Assembly: GCA_964506575.1 (NCBI GenBank)
Contig: CAZDLY010000002.1
Location: 64,440-128,439 of the forward strand
Direction: 5' to 3'
Origin: an uncultured Akkermansia sp.
GTDB lineage: Bacteria; Verrucomicrobiota; Kiritimatiellia; RFP12; JAAYNR01
DNA: 64,000 bases
Shown: in pieces, positions 20,580-30,339 of the stretch
How the letters are laid out: each line of letters opens with the position of its first letter
How positions within the stretch are numbered: position 1 is the first letter of the stretch
Translations under genes and position numbers: made by a program
Notes under the pieces: model-generated
Seen by the model: only the letters and a program-made list of their open reading frames with translations
Told to the model about the DNA's origin: nothing
Databases searched by the model: none

Positions 20580-21470
20580 ATGCTCGACACCGCCCAACTC
20601 ATGGCCCAGGTCGCCGGCATCCGCATCCTCACGACGCGGCTGCTGGATGACCGGCTTTCGGGCGATTACCACTCGGTCTTCAAGGGCCGGGGGATTGAGT
20701 TTGACGAAGTGCGTCCGTACATCCCCGGCGACGATGTGCGCGCGATCGACTGGAACGTCACCGCACGCACCGGCCACCCGCACATCAAACGGTTTTCGGA
20801 GGAGCGTGAACTGACGATTGTTTTTCTCGTCGATGTCTCCGGCTCGCAGGTGTTTGGCTCCGCCACCCGCACCAAGTCGGAACTGGCCGCCGAAATCACC
20901 AGCCTCCTCGCCATGACCGCCATCCGCAATCAGGACAAGATCGGCTGCATCCTCTTCAGCGACCGCATCGTCAAATCCATTCCGCCGCGCAAGGGACGCA
21001 CCGCCGTGATGCGCCTCGTACGCGAGGTGCTCGCGGCGGGCGAAACCCGCCACGGCACCGACATCGCCGGCGCCATCCGCTTTCTCAACAACGTTCAGAA
21101 GCGCCGCGCCGTGGTCTTCATCGTCTCCGACTTTCAGGACTCCGGCTTCGACCGCGCCCTGCGCGCCCTCGCCCGCCATCATGACGTGATCGCTTGCCCC
21201 GTCTCCGATCCGCGCGAGTCGGCGCTGCCCAATGTCGGCCTCGTCCAGATGCAGGATCCCGAGACGGGCGAGTTGGTCATCGTGGATACCGCATCGCGCG
21301 CCGTCCGGGAGGCCTTCGCCGCCGAGGCGTCGACCGCTGATGCCGAGCTGCATCGCAACCTGCGGCGCTGGGGCATCGATACGCTTGATGTGTCCACCGG
21401 GCGCCCCTACATTGACGACGTCCGCGCCCTCTTCCAGCGTCGGCGCGCCCGCGCCAGGAGGTCGGCATGA
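20580..21470 (+). CDS. DUF58 (VWA-like) protein, MoxR partner
   Basis: GDYHSVFKGRGIEFDEVRPYIPGDDVRAIDWNVTAR is the hallmark DUF58 motif. Confidence 0.85.
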   Translation: MLDTAQLMAQVAGIRILTTRLLDDRLSGDYHSVFKGRGIEFDEVRPYIPGDDVRAIDWNVTARTGHPHIKRFSEERELTIVFLVDVSGSQVFGSATRTKSELAAEITSLLAMTAIRNQDKIGCILFSDRIVKSIPPRKGRTAVMRLVREVLAAGETRHGTDIAGAIRFLNNVQKRRAVVFIVSDFQDSGFDRALRALARHHDVIACPVSDPRESALPNVGLVQMQDPETGELVIVDTASRAVREAFAAEASTADAELHRNLRRWGIDTLDVSTGRPYIDDVRALFQRRRARARRSA

Positions 21471-22420
21471 ACACCCCCGGCCGTGTGTTCCGTGCCTGTG
21501 CCGTTGCCGGCGCGCTCGCCGCACCCTGCGTCCGCGCCGCATTCACCGCCGATCTCTCCTGGGGCGACGTCTCGCTCATTCTCGCCGCCGAGTCCGATGC
21601 CGTCGATCCCTCGCGCGATTTCTTGCTGACCCTCGTTCTCACCACGCCGCCCCACCTGACGGTCGCGCTGCCCGATCTGCGCGGTCGTTTCTCCGGATTC
21701 TCCACCGCCGAAGATCTGGCCCGTGATCCGGTCATCACGCCGGACGGTGTCCGCCGCGAATTCCGCTGGCGGCTGGTCCCCGAACTGGAGCGCGAATACC
21801 GGCTGGCGCCGTTTGCGGTGACCGTCACCGACACCCGCCGCGTGCCGGCGCTGGTCAGCGCCTTCGCCACCCGCGCGGTCTACTTCCCCGCCGCCGCGCG
21901 CGCGCCCAAAGCCGACGGCGACCTCGAACTCGCTGCAAAACCGGTTTACGTCGCCCCCTCCGCCCGCACCGTCACCGGCTGGGTGTTCATCGGCCTGGCC
22001 GCGGCTGCCCTGCTGGCGGCCGCGCTGTGGGGTCTGGCCCATGTCAAACGCCGCGTCCGCGAAGCGCGCCTGTCCCCCGGCGAACGGGCGCTCGCCGAGT
22101 TGGAGCGTCTCCTCCGCCGCCGGCTGGTCGAAAAGGGGCTTTACAAGGATTTCTACATTGAACTCACCGGCGTTGTCCGGCGTTATATCGAGCGGACGCA
22201 CGGCATCCACGCCCCCGCTCAAACCACCGAGGAGTTCCTCAAGGCCGCCGTGTCGCACCCGGCTTTCGCCGCCGCGACACTCGGTCCGCTCCGGGATTTT
22301 CTGGAATCGGCCGACCTGATTAAATTCGCCGGTCAAACGGCCACGCCGGCCCTGGCCGATGCGGCCGTCTCGGCGGCGCGTTCATTTGTGATGGTACCAT
22401 GCGCTTCGCCTGCCCCATAG
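21467..22420 (+). CDS. Secreted domain + TM + DUF4381-like cytoplasmic tail
   Basis: Signal-like N-terminus, a central TM (WVFIGLAAAALLAAALWGL) followed by KRRVREARL…ALAELERL…TTEEFL…ADLIKFAG. That pattern matches what I recall for DUF4381 in Bat operons. Confidence 0.55.
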   Translation: MNTPGRVFRACAVAGALAAPCVRAAFTADLSWGDVSLILAAESDAVDPSRDFLLTLVLTTPPHLTVALPDLRGRFSGFSTAEDLARDPVITPDGVRREFRWRLVPELEREYRLAPFAVTVTDTRRVPALVSAFATRAVYFPAAARAPKADGDLELAAKPVYVAPSARTVTGWVFIGLAAAALLAAALWGLAHVKRRVREARLSPGERALAELERLLRRRLVEKGLYKDFYIELTGVVRRYIERTHGIHAPAQTTEEFLKAAVSHPAFAAATLGPLRDFLESADLIKFAGQTATPALADAAVSAARSFVMVPCASPAP

Positions 22421-23445
22421 TTGTTCTCCTGTTCATTCCCTGGCTCATCGCTGTCTGGCGCCTTTACCGCCGCAGCGAGCGGGCTGGGGTGCTCTTTGCG
22501 CCGATCCGGCGGCTGCCGGTCCGGACGGCGGGCTGGCGCGTGTGGACATCGCGCATGCTGCCGGCGCTGTTTCTCGCCGGAGTCGCGTTGCTCATCATCG
22601 CCGCCGCGCGTCCCCAGACGTTCATCGCCCGCGAACGCCGCACGGTCGATGCGATCGCCATCGCCATGACCGTGGACGTGTCGGGCTCGATGGAGGCGCT
22701 CGATCTCTCGCCGCGATCGGCCCTGGGCGTTGTGACCGAGAAGACGCGTCTCGATGTCGTGAAGGAGACCTTTGCCGAATTCATCCGCCAGCGCCCCGAC
22801 GACCTGCTCGCCCTCATCACCTTCGGGGGCTATGCCTCGACCCGGAGTCCCCTCACCGCCGACCATCGCGCGCTGCTTCACGTTTTGAACGGGGTGAAAA
22901 TTCCCACCGCCGACATGGACGATCAGGGCCGTCCGGTTTCTCAGGAGGAAATGCTCACCGCCATCGGCGACGGACTGGCCACGGCCTGCGCCCGCCTCAC
23001 CGACGCCGAGCCCAAAACCCGGATTGTTGTCCTGCTGAGCGACGGCGAATCCAACACGGGCATCATCACGCCGGAACAGGCCGCCGGGGCGGCCAAGAAA
23101 CTCGGCATCCGCGTCTACACCATCGGCGTCGGCAGCACGGGCCGCGCCCCCTTCCGCACCCGTGACGTATTCGGTCGCTCGGTCATCGGATGGGGCGAGG
23201 TGAGTCTGGACGAGACCCAGCTCCGCGCCATCGCCAGCGCCTCGGGCGCCCGCTATTTCAACGTGCGCGATCCCGGCGGCCTTAAGACGGCCCTCGACGA
23301 GATCGGCCGTTTGGAAACCACCCGCGTCGACCGCCAGATCCTGATGCGGTATCACGAATGGTTTGTGTGGCCCCTCCTCGCCGGCGCGATGCTCGTTTTT
23401 GCCGCGCTCACGCTCGGCATGCTTACCCTCCGGAGGCTGTTATGA
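22399..23445 (+). CDS. batA: BatA-like von Willebrand factor A domain membrane protein
   Basis: N-terminal TM pair, VWA MIDAS DVSGSM, and a C-terminal TM. Confidence 0.8.
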   Translation: MRFACPIVVLLFIPWLIAVWRLYRRSERAGVLFAPIRRLPVRTAGWRVWTSRMLPALFLAGVALLIIAAARPQTFIARERRTVDAIAIAMTVDVSGSMEALDLSPRSALGVVTEKTRLDVVKETFAEFIRQRPDDLLALITFGGYASTRSPLTADHRALLHVLNGVKIPTADMDDQGRPVSQEEMLTAIGDGLATACARLTDAEPKTRIVVLLSDGESNTGIITPEQAAGAAKKLGIRVYTIGVGSTGRAPFRTRDVFGRSVIGWGEVSLDETQLRAIASASGARYFNVRDPGGLKTALDEIGRLETTRVDRQILMRYHEWFVWPLLAGAMLVFAALTLGMLTLRRLL

Positions 23446-25994
23446 TTCGATTCGTTCAGCCTTATCTGTTGCTGCTGCTGTCGCTCATCCCGTTGGCGGG
23501 ACTCGCCTGGTGGTGGGCCGCCGCCCGTGCCGAGGCGCGCCTGGCCGATCTCGTCGCACCTGCGCTCCAGTCGCGCCTCCTGCCGCCGCGCTCACGCGCG
23601 CGCACCCTCGCGCAGATCATCCTGGCGCTCGCCGCCCTGATCCTGCTCACCGTCGCCGCCGCCCGTCCCCAGTGGGGCCGTCGCACTGAAACGGTCTTCA
23701 CCCGCGGCAGCAACCTGCTTATCGCCCTCGATGTTTCCCGCTCCATGCTCGCCAGTGACGTCCACCCCAACCGCCTCGAGCGCGCCAAGGTCGACATCCT
23801 CGACCTGATCGCTGAGCTCAAGGGCGACAACGCCGGCCTGCTGGCCTTCCGCCGCAGGGGCGTCCTGCTCTGTCCGCTGACCACCGACTACTCGTTCTTG
23901 CGGCAGGCGATCGACGGCGTCTCCCCCGAATCCGCTCCGCGGGGCGAGACCGACCTCGCCGATGCGATCAAGAAATCGATGGAGGCCCTGGAGGGAATGC
24001 CCGACGATCATAACGCGATTCTCCTGATTTCCGATGGCGAGGAACTCACCGGTGATGCCGCGGCCGCCGCCCGCGAAGCCGGAAAACGCCGCATCCCGAT
24101 ATTCACGGTCGGCATCGGCGACCCGGCCGGCGCCAGCATCCCCGGCGATTCCGGCGCCGATTCCCTCCGCTTCCAGGGCCAGGTGGTGCGGACCCGCCTC
24201 ATGGACGCAACCCTAGCGGTGATCGCCCGCGAGTCTGGAGGCTCCTACATTCCGCTCGCCACCGCCGGGACCGCCCACACCACCCTGGGCGCAATCTATC
24301 GCCGCCACCTCCGTAACATCTCCGCCCGGGAGAACCGGGAGACGCTCGAAAATCAGCACGTCGAGCGCTACCTCGTCTTTCTGCTGCCCGCCATCCTCTC
24401 GTTCATCGCCGCAGCCTGCCTCTCGCGCGGCCGCCTCGCCGGCGCCCGGATCCGCCCCCCGGCCAGGCCCCCCGCCGCCCGTGCACTCGCCCTGCTCGCG
24501 GCCCTGACCCTCTCGTGCGGCGCACGCGCCGGCGATACCGCCACCGCGCCGACCAACGCCGCGGGACCCAATGAGACGGTCACGCTGCCCGGAGGCCGCG
24601 ACACGGCCCGTCGCGCTCAGGCGCTCCTGCGCCGGGGGCGCTACGAGGAGGCAGCCGCCGCCTTCGTTGCAGCCGCCCGCAGCGCCGACACCGAAACCTC
24701 CGCCGCCTGGCTCTACAACGCCGCGCTCGCGTGGATCAAGGCGGGCAAACCGAACGAAGCGGACGCGCTTCTGCGCCCCCTCACCCAGTCGCGAACCGTT
24801 GGCCCGCGTGCGGCCGAACTCCTCGGGTCGGTCGCCCTCGACCAGTCACGCGCCATCAAGGAGGGGGAGGGCGCCGACGTCCGGGTCACCCACCTCGAGA
24901 CCGCCGCATCCGCGCTTCAGACCGCCTTGCGTGAAACGCCCGACGACCCCCGCCGCATCCGCAACCTCTCCCGTGTCGCCCCCGCCCTTCCCGACGCCCG
25001 CGAAAACGCGCACATTGAATCGGTGCTGAAAGCCAACCCCAAGCCTCAACCGGATTCCCTGCTGGAAACCCTCTTCCGCGGGCAGCGGGCGCTGCTTGAT
25101 GAAATCCCGGCCGTTTTCACCAACGAGGCCCCGCGCCTGATCACCGCCGCCGAGGCGCTGGCCGCCCGGCAGCAGACAGCGGGCGACCTCCTTATCCCGC
25201 TCAAGCGCGTGCTTCTCGAATCGGGCGCGATCACCAACGAGCAACAGCGCGCCGCCCTGGCCGCGACGTTCGAGACCGCCCGCGACGCCCTGCGCGACTC
25301 CACCCGCAAGCTGCGCGACATCGATCCGTCGGCGCTGAAGGATGTGGCCAAGATCGAGCCTTTTGCCTACGCCCTCTGGAAGCAGCTCGCCGCCCCGCCG
25401 CCGCTGGTCGGCGAGGCGATCACCACGCAGTCCAACGCCCTCGATTCAGCCGCGCAGCGCCCGATCCGTCCGCCGCAGCCCGAGTCGCTGTCCCTCACCC
25501 GGCTCTTCCGGGAGCGCTTTCCCGAATGGGCCGATCAGGTTCAGCAGCAGGCCCAGGCAGATACCAACGCCCCGACCCTCACACCTGAGGCTCGCGCCGA
25601 GATCGAGCGGCTCGCAGAAGAGACCGAACGGCTGCAGACCGAGGCCCTGCGCTCGCAGGTGCCGCGTCCCCACCAGCAGCAGGCGCTCGAGAAGCTCATG
25701 CGCATCCGCGAATTGCTCCCTAAAAATCCACAGTCGGGATCTTCCGGCCAGCCGCCGCCCCAGCCGCAGCCGCAGTCAGACCCCAAGCCATCGGATTCAA
25801 AAGATCCGCCGCCTCCGCCCGAGAAGAAAGAGCAAGAAAGCCCCAAGCCCGAGGATCAGAAGAAGCCGCCGCCGCCGCCGCAGGATGTCCAGGAGATGCT
25901 CCGCCGAGCCCTGGAACGGGAGAAAGAGCAGGACGAGCGCAAACGCGAGCAGATGCGAAACCTCCCCATGTCGCCCTCTGAACGGGACTGGTGA
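23442..25994 (+). CDS. BatB-like VWA protein fused to a BatC-like TPR region, with a long helical and Pro/Lys/Glu-rich tail
   Basis: N-terminal TMs, MIDAS ALDVSRSM, a TM after the VWA domain, then TPR-like repeats (GRYEEAAAAF…AWLYNAALAWIKAGKPNEA). The C-terminus is PPPQPQPQSDPKPSD…KKPPPPPQ. The ATGA overlaps the batA stop. Confidence 0.75.
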   Translation: MIRFVQPYLLLLLSLIPLAGLAWWWAAARAEARLADLVAPALQSRLLPPRSRARTLAQIILALAALILLTVAAARPQWGRRTETVFTRGSNLLIALDVSRSMLASDVHPNRLERAKVDILDLIAELKGDNAGLLAFRRRGVLLCPLTTDYSFLRQAIDGVSPESAPRGETDLADAIKKSMEALEGMPDDHNAILLISDGEELTGDAAAAAREAGKRRIPIFTVGIGDPAGASIPGDSGADSLRFQGQVVRTRLMDATLAVIARESGGSYIPLATAGTAHTTLGAIYRRHLRNISARENRETLENQHVERYLVFLLPAILSFIAAACLSRGRLAGARIRPPARPPAARALALLAALTLSCGARAGDTATAPTNAAGPNETVTLPGGRDTARRAQALLRRGRYEEAAAAFVAAARSADTETSAAWLYNAALAWIKAGKPNEADALLRPLTQSRTVGPRAAELLGSVALDQSRAIKEGEGADVRVTHLETAASALQTALRETPDDPRRIRNLSRVAPALPDARENAHIESVLKANPKPQPDSLLETLFRGQRALLDEIPAVFTNEAPRLITAAEALAARQQTAGDLLIPLKRVLLESGAITNEQQRAALAATFETARDALRDSTRKLRDIDPSALKDVAKIEPFAYALWKQLAAPPPLVGEAITTQSNALDSAAQRPIRPPQPESLSLTRLFRERFPEWADQVQQQAQADTNAPTLTPEARAEIERLAEETERLQTEALRSQVPRPHQQQALEKLMRIRELLPKNPQSGSSGQPPPQPQPQSDPKPSDSKDPPPPPEKKEQESPKPEDQKKPPPPPQDVQEMLRRALEREKEQDERKREQMRNLPMSPSERDW

Positions 25995-28186
25995 AGCGTA
26001 TGAGAGCGAAGCCGGCACATCTTATTTCGATCATGTCGATCCTATCGATCCTATCGACTTCAACCGCCTTCGCTCAGCCGATCTCCCTCACGGTCCGGCC
26101 AGACCGTGACCGCATCTTGGTGGATGAGCCCTTCCGCATCACGCTGGCCATCGCCATCGCGCCGCTTCCGCCGCCCTATCACGACATCGAGCCGATCCAC
26201 GTCAACCGCCCGCCGCGCCTGGAGGCCGATTTCTTAACGATCGCGGACATCAAGGGATTGCAGCAACCGGATATCCGGGCCTTTCTTGAAGCGCGCGCGC
26301 GGGCCGCATCCGGTCGGCAGCCCTCTTTCCTGATCAACAACTATGCCGATTTCTTCCAGAATCCCGCCCGCTTCCGCCTCGACCCCCTCCGTGAAAAACG
26401 GGGCGGCACGAACCTCTGGGTCTACGCCCAGGAATTCACCTACACGCCTCAGGCCGAAGGCGACTACACCTTCGGCCCCATGATCTTCAAGGGCGCGGTC
26501 ATTACCGGGGTGAATCCGGATAAGAGTGCCCGGATCGAGGAGATATTCGCCGTCGCCCCGGCGGTCACCGTTCGTGTCACACCCCCGCCGGAGACTGGGC
26601 GCCCCGCGTGGTTCATCGGCACCGTCGGACGCAACCTGACGGCCCATGCGGGCTTCGACACCGATGTCTGCAAGGTCGGCGACCCGCTCACCCTCACGCT
26701 CGACCTGACCGGCGCCATCAGCCTCTCCAATCTCCGTCCGCCGCTGCTCGCACTGCAGGAGGAGTTGACCCGCGACTTCCGCATCTACGACGACAACGTC
26801 ACAACAACCGCGATTGAATCGGGAAAACGGTTCACCTGGCGCGTCCGACCCATCCGGGCCGGAACGCTCGAGTTTCCGCCCATTCGCGTCGCCTACTACG
26901 ACACGGCCTTGAAATCCTATCAGACCGTCTCGACGCAGCCCATTCCCATCCAGGCGCGGGCCACCACGCAGGTGGTCAGCGATGCGCCGGAAACACCGGG
27001 TTCCGCGAGTCTCTTCCTCCGCTCCGACAACGCGCCCGTGCCTGCGGCCGCCACCCTGTCGGACGTCCCCTCGCCGCTCCTCCCTCCCGCCCGGCTGCTG
27101 CTTCCGCTTTTTCTGTCCGGACCTGCCGTTCTGCTGCTCGCGGTCACCGGCCGGTCCCTCTGGCGTCGTCGCGACATCCGGCGCCTGGCGCGCCATCGCC
27201 ACCGCGCCGCCGCCCGCGCCCGGCGCCGCCTCGCCGACGCTTCAGCGCCCGGCGCCGCGGCCGCCGTGCTCCGCGACTATCTCACGGATCGTCTCGCGGC
27301 AACCGGTCATTCGCTGACGCCCCCGGAGGCCTGTCGGCTTCTCGTCGCCAACGGCGTTTCGGACCGGCAAGCCGACGCCTTCCGCGCCCTGCTCGAGCGT
27401 CTCGACGAAGCCCTCTACCGGCCTGGCGCCGAAGGCGGGGCTTCGGCCCAGGAGGCGGCCGCCCTCCTCGCCGCCATCGAGGCTGCGCTTGCCGGCCGTC
27501 GGCGGCGGGCGGGCGACAACCTCTCGATAGTGTCGATAGTGTCGATAATCTCGATATCCTTTCCCGTTTTCGCCTCCGAACCCTCATCGATCGCGTTCGG
27601 CTGGGAACGGGCCAACGCCCGTTTCGCCGCCGCCCATTCACCCGGGGATTTTCTTGAGGCCGCCCGGATCTACAACCGCCTGGTCCTCGATGGCGACACC
27701 CGCGGCGCGCTGTTCTACAACCTCGGCACGGCGCTGCTGCTCGCCGGTGACGCTCCCAACGCCATTGCGGCGCTGAATCGCGCCGAACGCCGTCTCGGCG
27801 CGACCCCCGCCTCCCGCGCCAACCTGCGCCTCGCGTACGGTTTGCTGGATGCGCCGCCGGCCACCGATGACGCGCCGCAGACGCTCCCGATGTCGCTCGC
27901 ACCCCCCGCCCCGCTCCCGTGGACCCATGCCGCATTTTTCTGGCATTATGAATTCCCCTGCCGCCACCGGGCCGGCGCGGCCGCGGCGGGGTGGGCGATT
28001 CTTTTCGCCGGCCTCCTCCTCCGGCTGCTCCGCCCCGCCGCCGCACGTCCCCTGCTGTGGGCCGGCCTGTTTCTCTTCACCGTCTTTGGCGCGAGCGCCG
28101 CCATCACCCTGCTTCAGGAATACCATGACAGCCGTTCCTGGCCCACGCGCGTCTTCACCAGCAACGGCGGGGAGGTCGCTTCATGA
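25991..28186 (+). CDS. BatD-like protein fused to a TPR / multi-TM C-terminal module
   Basis: Signal peptide …LISIMSILSILSTSTAFA-QP and BatD hallmark PAWFIGTVGRNLTAHAGFDTDVCKVGDPLTLTLDLTG. A TM with an Arg-rich segment follows. A second signal-like segment RRRRAGDNLSIVSIVSIISISFPVFA-SE comes next, then TPR-like repeats and C-terminal TMs. Confidence 0.7.
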   Translation: MKRMRAKPAHLISIMSILSILSTSTAFAQPISLTVRPDRDRILVDEPFRITLAIAIAPLPPPYHDIEPIHVNRPPRLEADFLTIADIKGLQQPDIRAFLEARARAASGRQPSFLINNYADFFQNPARFRLDPLREKRGGTNLWVYAQEFTYTPQAEGDYTFGPMIFKGAVITGVNPDKSARIEEIFAVAPAVTVRVTPPPETGRPAWFIGTVGRNLTAHAGFDTDVCKVGDPLTLTLDLTGAISLSNLRPPLLALQEELTRDFRIYDDNVTTTAIESGKRFTWRVRPIRAGTLEFPPIRVAYYDTALKSYQTVSTQPIPIQARATTQVVSDAPETPGSASLFLRSDNAPVPAAATLSDVPSPLLPPARLLLPLFLSGPAVLLLAVTGRSLWRRRDIRRLARHRHRAAARARRRLADASAPGAAAAVLRDYLTDRLAATGHSLTPPEACRLLVANGVSDRQADAFRALLERLDEALYRPGAEGGASAQEAAALLAAIEAALAGRRRRAGDNLSIVSIVSIISISFPVFASEPSSIAFGWERANARFAAAHSPGDFLEAARIYNRLVLDGDTRGALFYNLGTALLLAGDAPNAIAALNRAERRLGATPASRANLRLAYGLLDAPPATDDAPQTLPMSLAPPAPLPWTHAAFFWHYEFPCRHRAGAAAAGWAILFAGLLLRLLRPAAARPLLWAGLFLFTVFGASAAITLLQEYHDSRSWPTRVFTSNGGEVAS
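26037..26068 (+). repeat. Intragenic 9-bp tandem repeat (TCGATCNTN x ~3.5) encoding (S-I-x)n
   Basis: tcgatcatg tcgatccta tcgatccta tcgac; it contains three GATC sites. Confidence 0.8.
27524..27559 (+). repeat. Intragenic 9-bp tandem repeat (TCGATANNN x 4) encoding (S-I-x)n
   Basis: tcgatagtg tcgatagtg tcgataatc tcgatatcc; it uses the ATA Ile codon, which looks atypical for this GC-rich backbone. Confidence 0.8.
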
Positions 28187-29448
28187 TATCCACCTTCCGT
28201 CTTCTCCAGGTGCTTGGCCTGGTCCTCGTCATTCCCGCCAGTGCTCGGGCCCAGATCCAGCAGGCCACGCTGCGATTTGATCCGTCGACACCCTTTGTCG
28301 GGCAGCCTTTCACCCTGACACTGGACGTCGCGGTCAACCCCGGCGTCGAACTGGAGAATCTGAATATTGAGGGATTGCCCGATGCTTCGCATGCCCGTTT
28401 TGTCAACTTCGCGGCCGCCGGACGCCAGGTTCTCCGCCCCGGCGGCGGCCGCGCGGCCGATGTCCTGCGTTACACGGCTGAAGGCCGGGCCACGCACGCC
28501 TTCGTCACGACCGTCTCGTGCATGCTGCACGGGCAGGTCGTTGAGCGGGTCTCCCTGGGCTTCTTTTCTCAAATGCGTTCCGTCCCGTTCTCCTGCCGCA
28601 TCTCGTCGGCCCGGCTCGACGTCCGCGACCTGCCCAGTCAGGACCGTCCGGCCGGTTTCTCCGGTGCGATCGGGAGATTCACACTCTCCGGTGACGCCTC
28701 GCCGCGGACGGTTGCGCCTGGCGATCTCGTGACGCTCTCATACACGCTCACTGGAAGCGGCTGGCTGGCCGACGCCGCTCTGGTGCCACCCGATCCCGGA
28801 TCCGGTTTCAAGACCTATCCCGCGCAAGAGACCGCGCGGGAGGCCAGTCCGCCGCGCCTGTCGATCCGCCAGGTTGTGATTCCCCTCTCCACCAATGCCG
28901 CCGTCGTGGCCGGGCCCCGCTTTGTCTATTTCGATCCCGACGCCGTCGCCTACCGCACGGCGACGATCGAGCCTTTCCGTCTCACCTTTGCCCAGACCAC
29001 GACGACTGAACCGGCCATCCGCCGGATCGACGCCATGCCCGCCACGGGTCCCGCCGATGCGGACCTGGCCCGGCCATCCGAGTTCGCGCTGGCCGAGGCC
29101 GTCGCCAAGTTCCGCCAATTGATCCCCCTGGCAGCCGCGCTCCTTCTTGCGGCGGCTGTCACCGCCATGCTCTTTCGCGTCCGCCGCATCCCCGCCGTGA
29201 TCGTCGGCATCCTCATTCTCGCACTCGGCGTCGCCGCGTCGCGCCGCTTCAGCCGGGCCGCCGAGGCGCAGGCGCTCAAGGTGGACGGATCGGTTACCGC
29301 CCGGCTCGCACCCTCCGAGCGCGCGCTTCCCCTCTTCGACCTCCATCCGGGATCCTTCGTCCTCCCCCTGGAACACACCCCCGGCTGGGTGCGTGTCCGT
29401 TCCGCCGACCGCGAAGCCTGGATACCCGTGACGAGCGTGACGAAATAG
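28183..29448 (+). CDS. BatD-like protein with C-terminal TM and SH3-like domain (BatD/BatE-like)
   Basis: Signal peptide …VIPASARA-QI and BatD hallmark DRPAGFSGAIGRFTLSGDASPRTVAPGDLVTLSYTLTGSG. Two TMs follow, and the C-terminal TPGWVRVRSADREAWIPVTSV resembles a bacterial SH3 domain. Confidence 0.65.
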   Translation: MISTFRLLQVLGLVLVIPASARAQIQQATLRFDPSTPFVGQPFTLTLDVAVNPGVELENLNIEGLPDASHARFVNFAAAGRQVLRPGGGRAADVLRYTAEGRATHAFVTTVSCMLHGQVVERVSLGFFSQMRSVPFSCRISSARLDVRDLPSQDRPAGFSGAIGRFTLSGDASPRTVAPGDLVTLSYTLTGSGWLADAALVPPDPGSGFKTYPAQETAREASPPRLSIRQVVIPLSTNAAVVAGPRFVYFDPDAVAYRTATIEPFRLTFAQTTTTEPAIRRIDAMPATGPADADLARPSEFALAEAVAKFRQLIPLAAALLLAAAVTAMLFRVRRIPAVIVGILILALGVAASRRFSRAAEAQALKVDGSVTARLAPSERALPLFDLHPGSFVLPLEHTPGWVRVRSADREAWIPVTSVTK

Positions 29449-29529
29449 CCGTCGGCCTCACGACCGGGTGCCCCTTCCTGCTCACTCGGCTACTGACAGA
29501 CCACTCGGTTTGTCCTATACTGACGGCGC

Positions 29530-30327
29530 ATGACAAACGAATCTCAACTCCCCACGCCCTCCGCTCTTCTTGCCATCGCCCGCCTGGCCGCCCGTCGCGC
29601 GGGCGAGCACGTACTGGCGAACCTCAACCGCCGGGGCGAGATCGACTCGCTCACGCGAAGCGACGTGAAACACCGTCTGGATGTCGAGGCGCAGGAGGTG
29701 GCGACGGCCACCATTCTCGCCGCCTGCCCCGACTACCCCATTCTCGGCGAGGAGACCTGCGACCAACCCCTGCCCGACGCACCCGTGCGCTGGGTGATTG
29801 ACCCGATTGATGGCACGGTCAATTTCTTCCACGGCTCGCCCTGGTGGTGCTGCTCGGTCGCCGCGCAGGTGAATGGCCGTTCCGTGGCGGGCGCGGTCTT
29901 CGCCCCCGAGTTCGGCTGGCTCTTCGAGGCCACCTCCGATGGCCCGGCCCTGTGCAATGGCGCGGTTCTGCGCGTCTCGACCGTCTCCGAGACGCAGCTG
30001 TCGCTCATTCATACCGGAGCCGACAAGTCCGATCTCGGCGAACACTCCTTTCGTTTCATGCGGACCGTCGCGGCCCTGGCCCAGCGGGCGCGCATCACCG
30101 GCTCCGCCGCGCTCGACATGTGCCTCGTCGCATCCGGAAAGGCCGAAGCCTATTTCGAACCGGGCATCTACATCTGGGACGTCGCGGCGGCGGGATTGAT
30201 CATCGAGCGCGCCGGCGGGACGTGTGAGATTCTGCGCGAATTCGGCGCCCACCGCTTGGCCGTTCTCGCCTCCAACGGCCTCCTTCACGGCCGCGTTCGC
30301 GATCACCTGCTGCCGATGTTGGTTTAA
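29530..30327 (+). CDS. suhB: Inositol monophosphatase family protein
   Basis: ILGEE motif, WVIDPIDGTVNF motif and a later WDVAAAGLI motif. Confidence 0.85.
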   Translation: MTNESQLPTPSALLAIARLAARRAGEHVLANLNRRGEIDSLTRSDVKHRLDVEAQEVATATILAACPDYPILGEETCDQPLPDAPVRWVIDPIDGTVNFFHGSPWWCCSVAAQVNGRSVAGAVFAPEFGWLFEATSDGPALCNGAVLRVSTVSETQLSLIHTGADKSDLGEHSFRFMRTVAALAQRARITGSAALDMCLVASGKAEAYFEPGIYIWDVAAAGLIIERAGGTCEILREFGAHRLAVLASNGLLHGRVRDHLLPMLV

Positions 30328-30339
30328 CTTTCTTGCAGC

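Noticed and set aside
26037-27559. CRISPR-like or other interspaced repeat array.
   Set aside because: The repeats are 9-bp tandem units inside a coding region. They have no spacers and no cas genes nearby.
29466-29485. Sigma-54-like GGTGC…TGC sequence upstream of suhB.
   Set aside because: The spacing is GG-N11-GC rather than N10, and the -24 element is poor.
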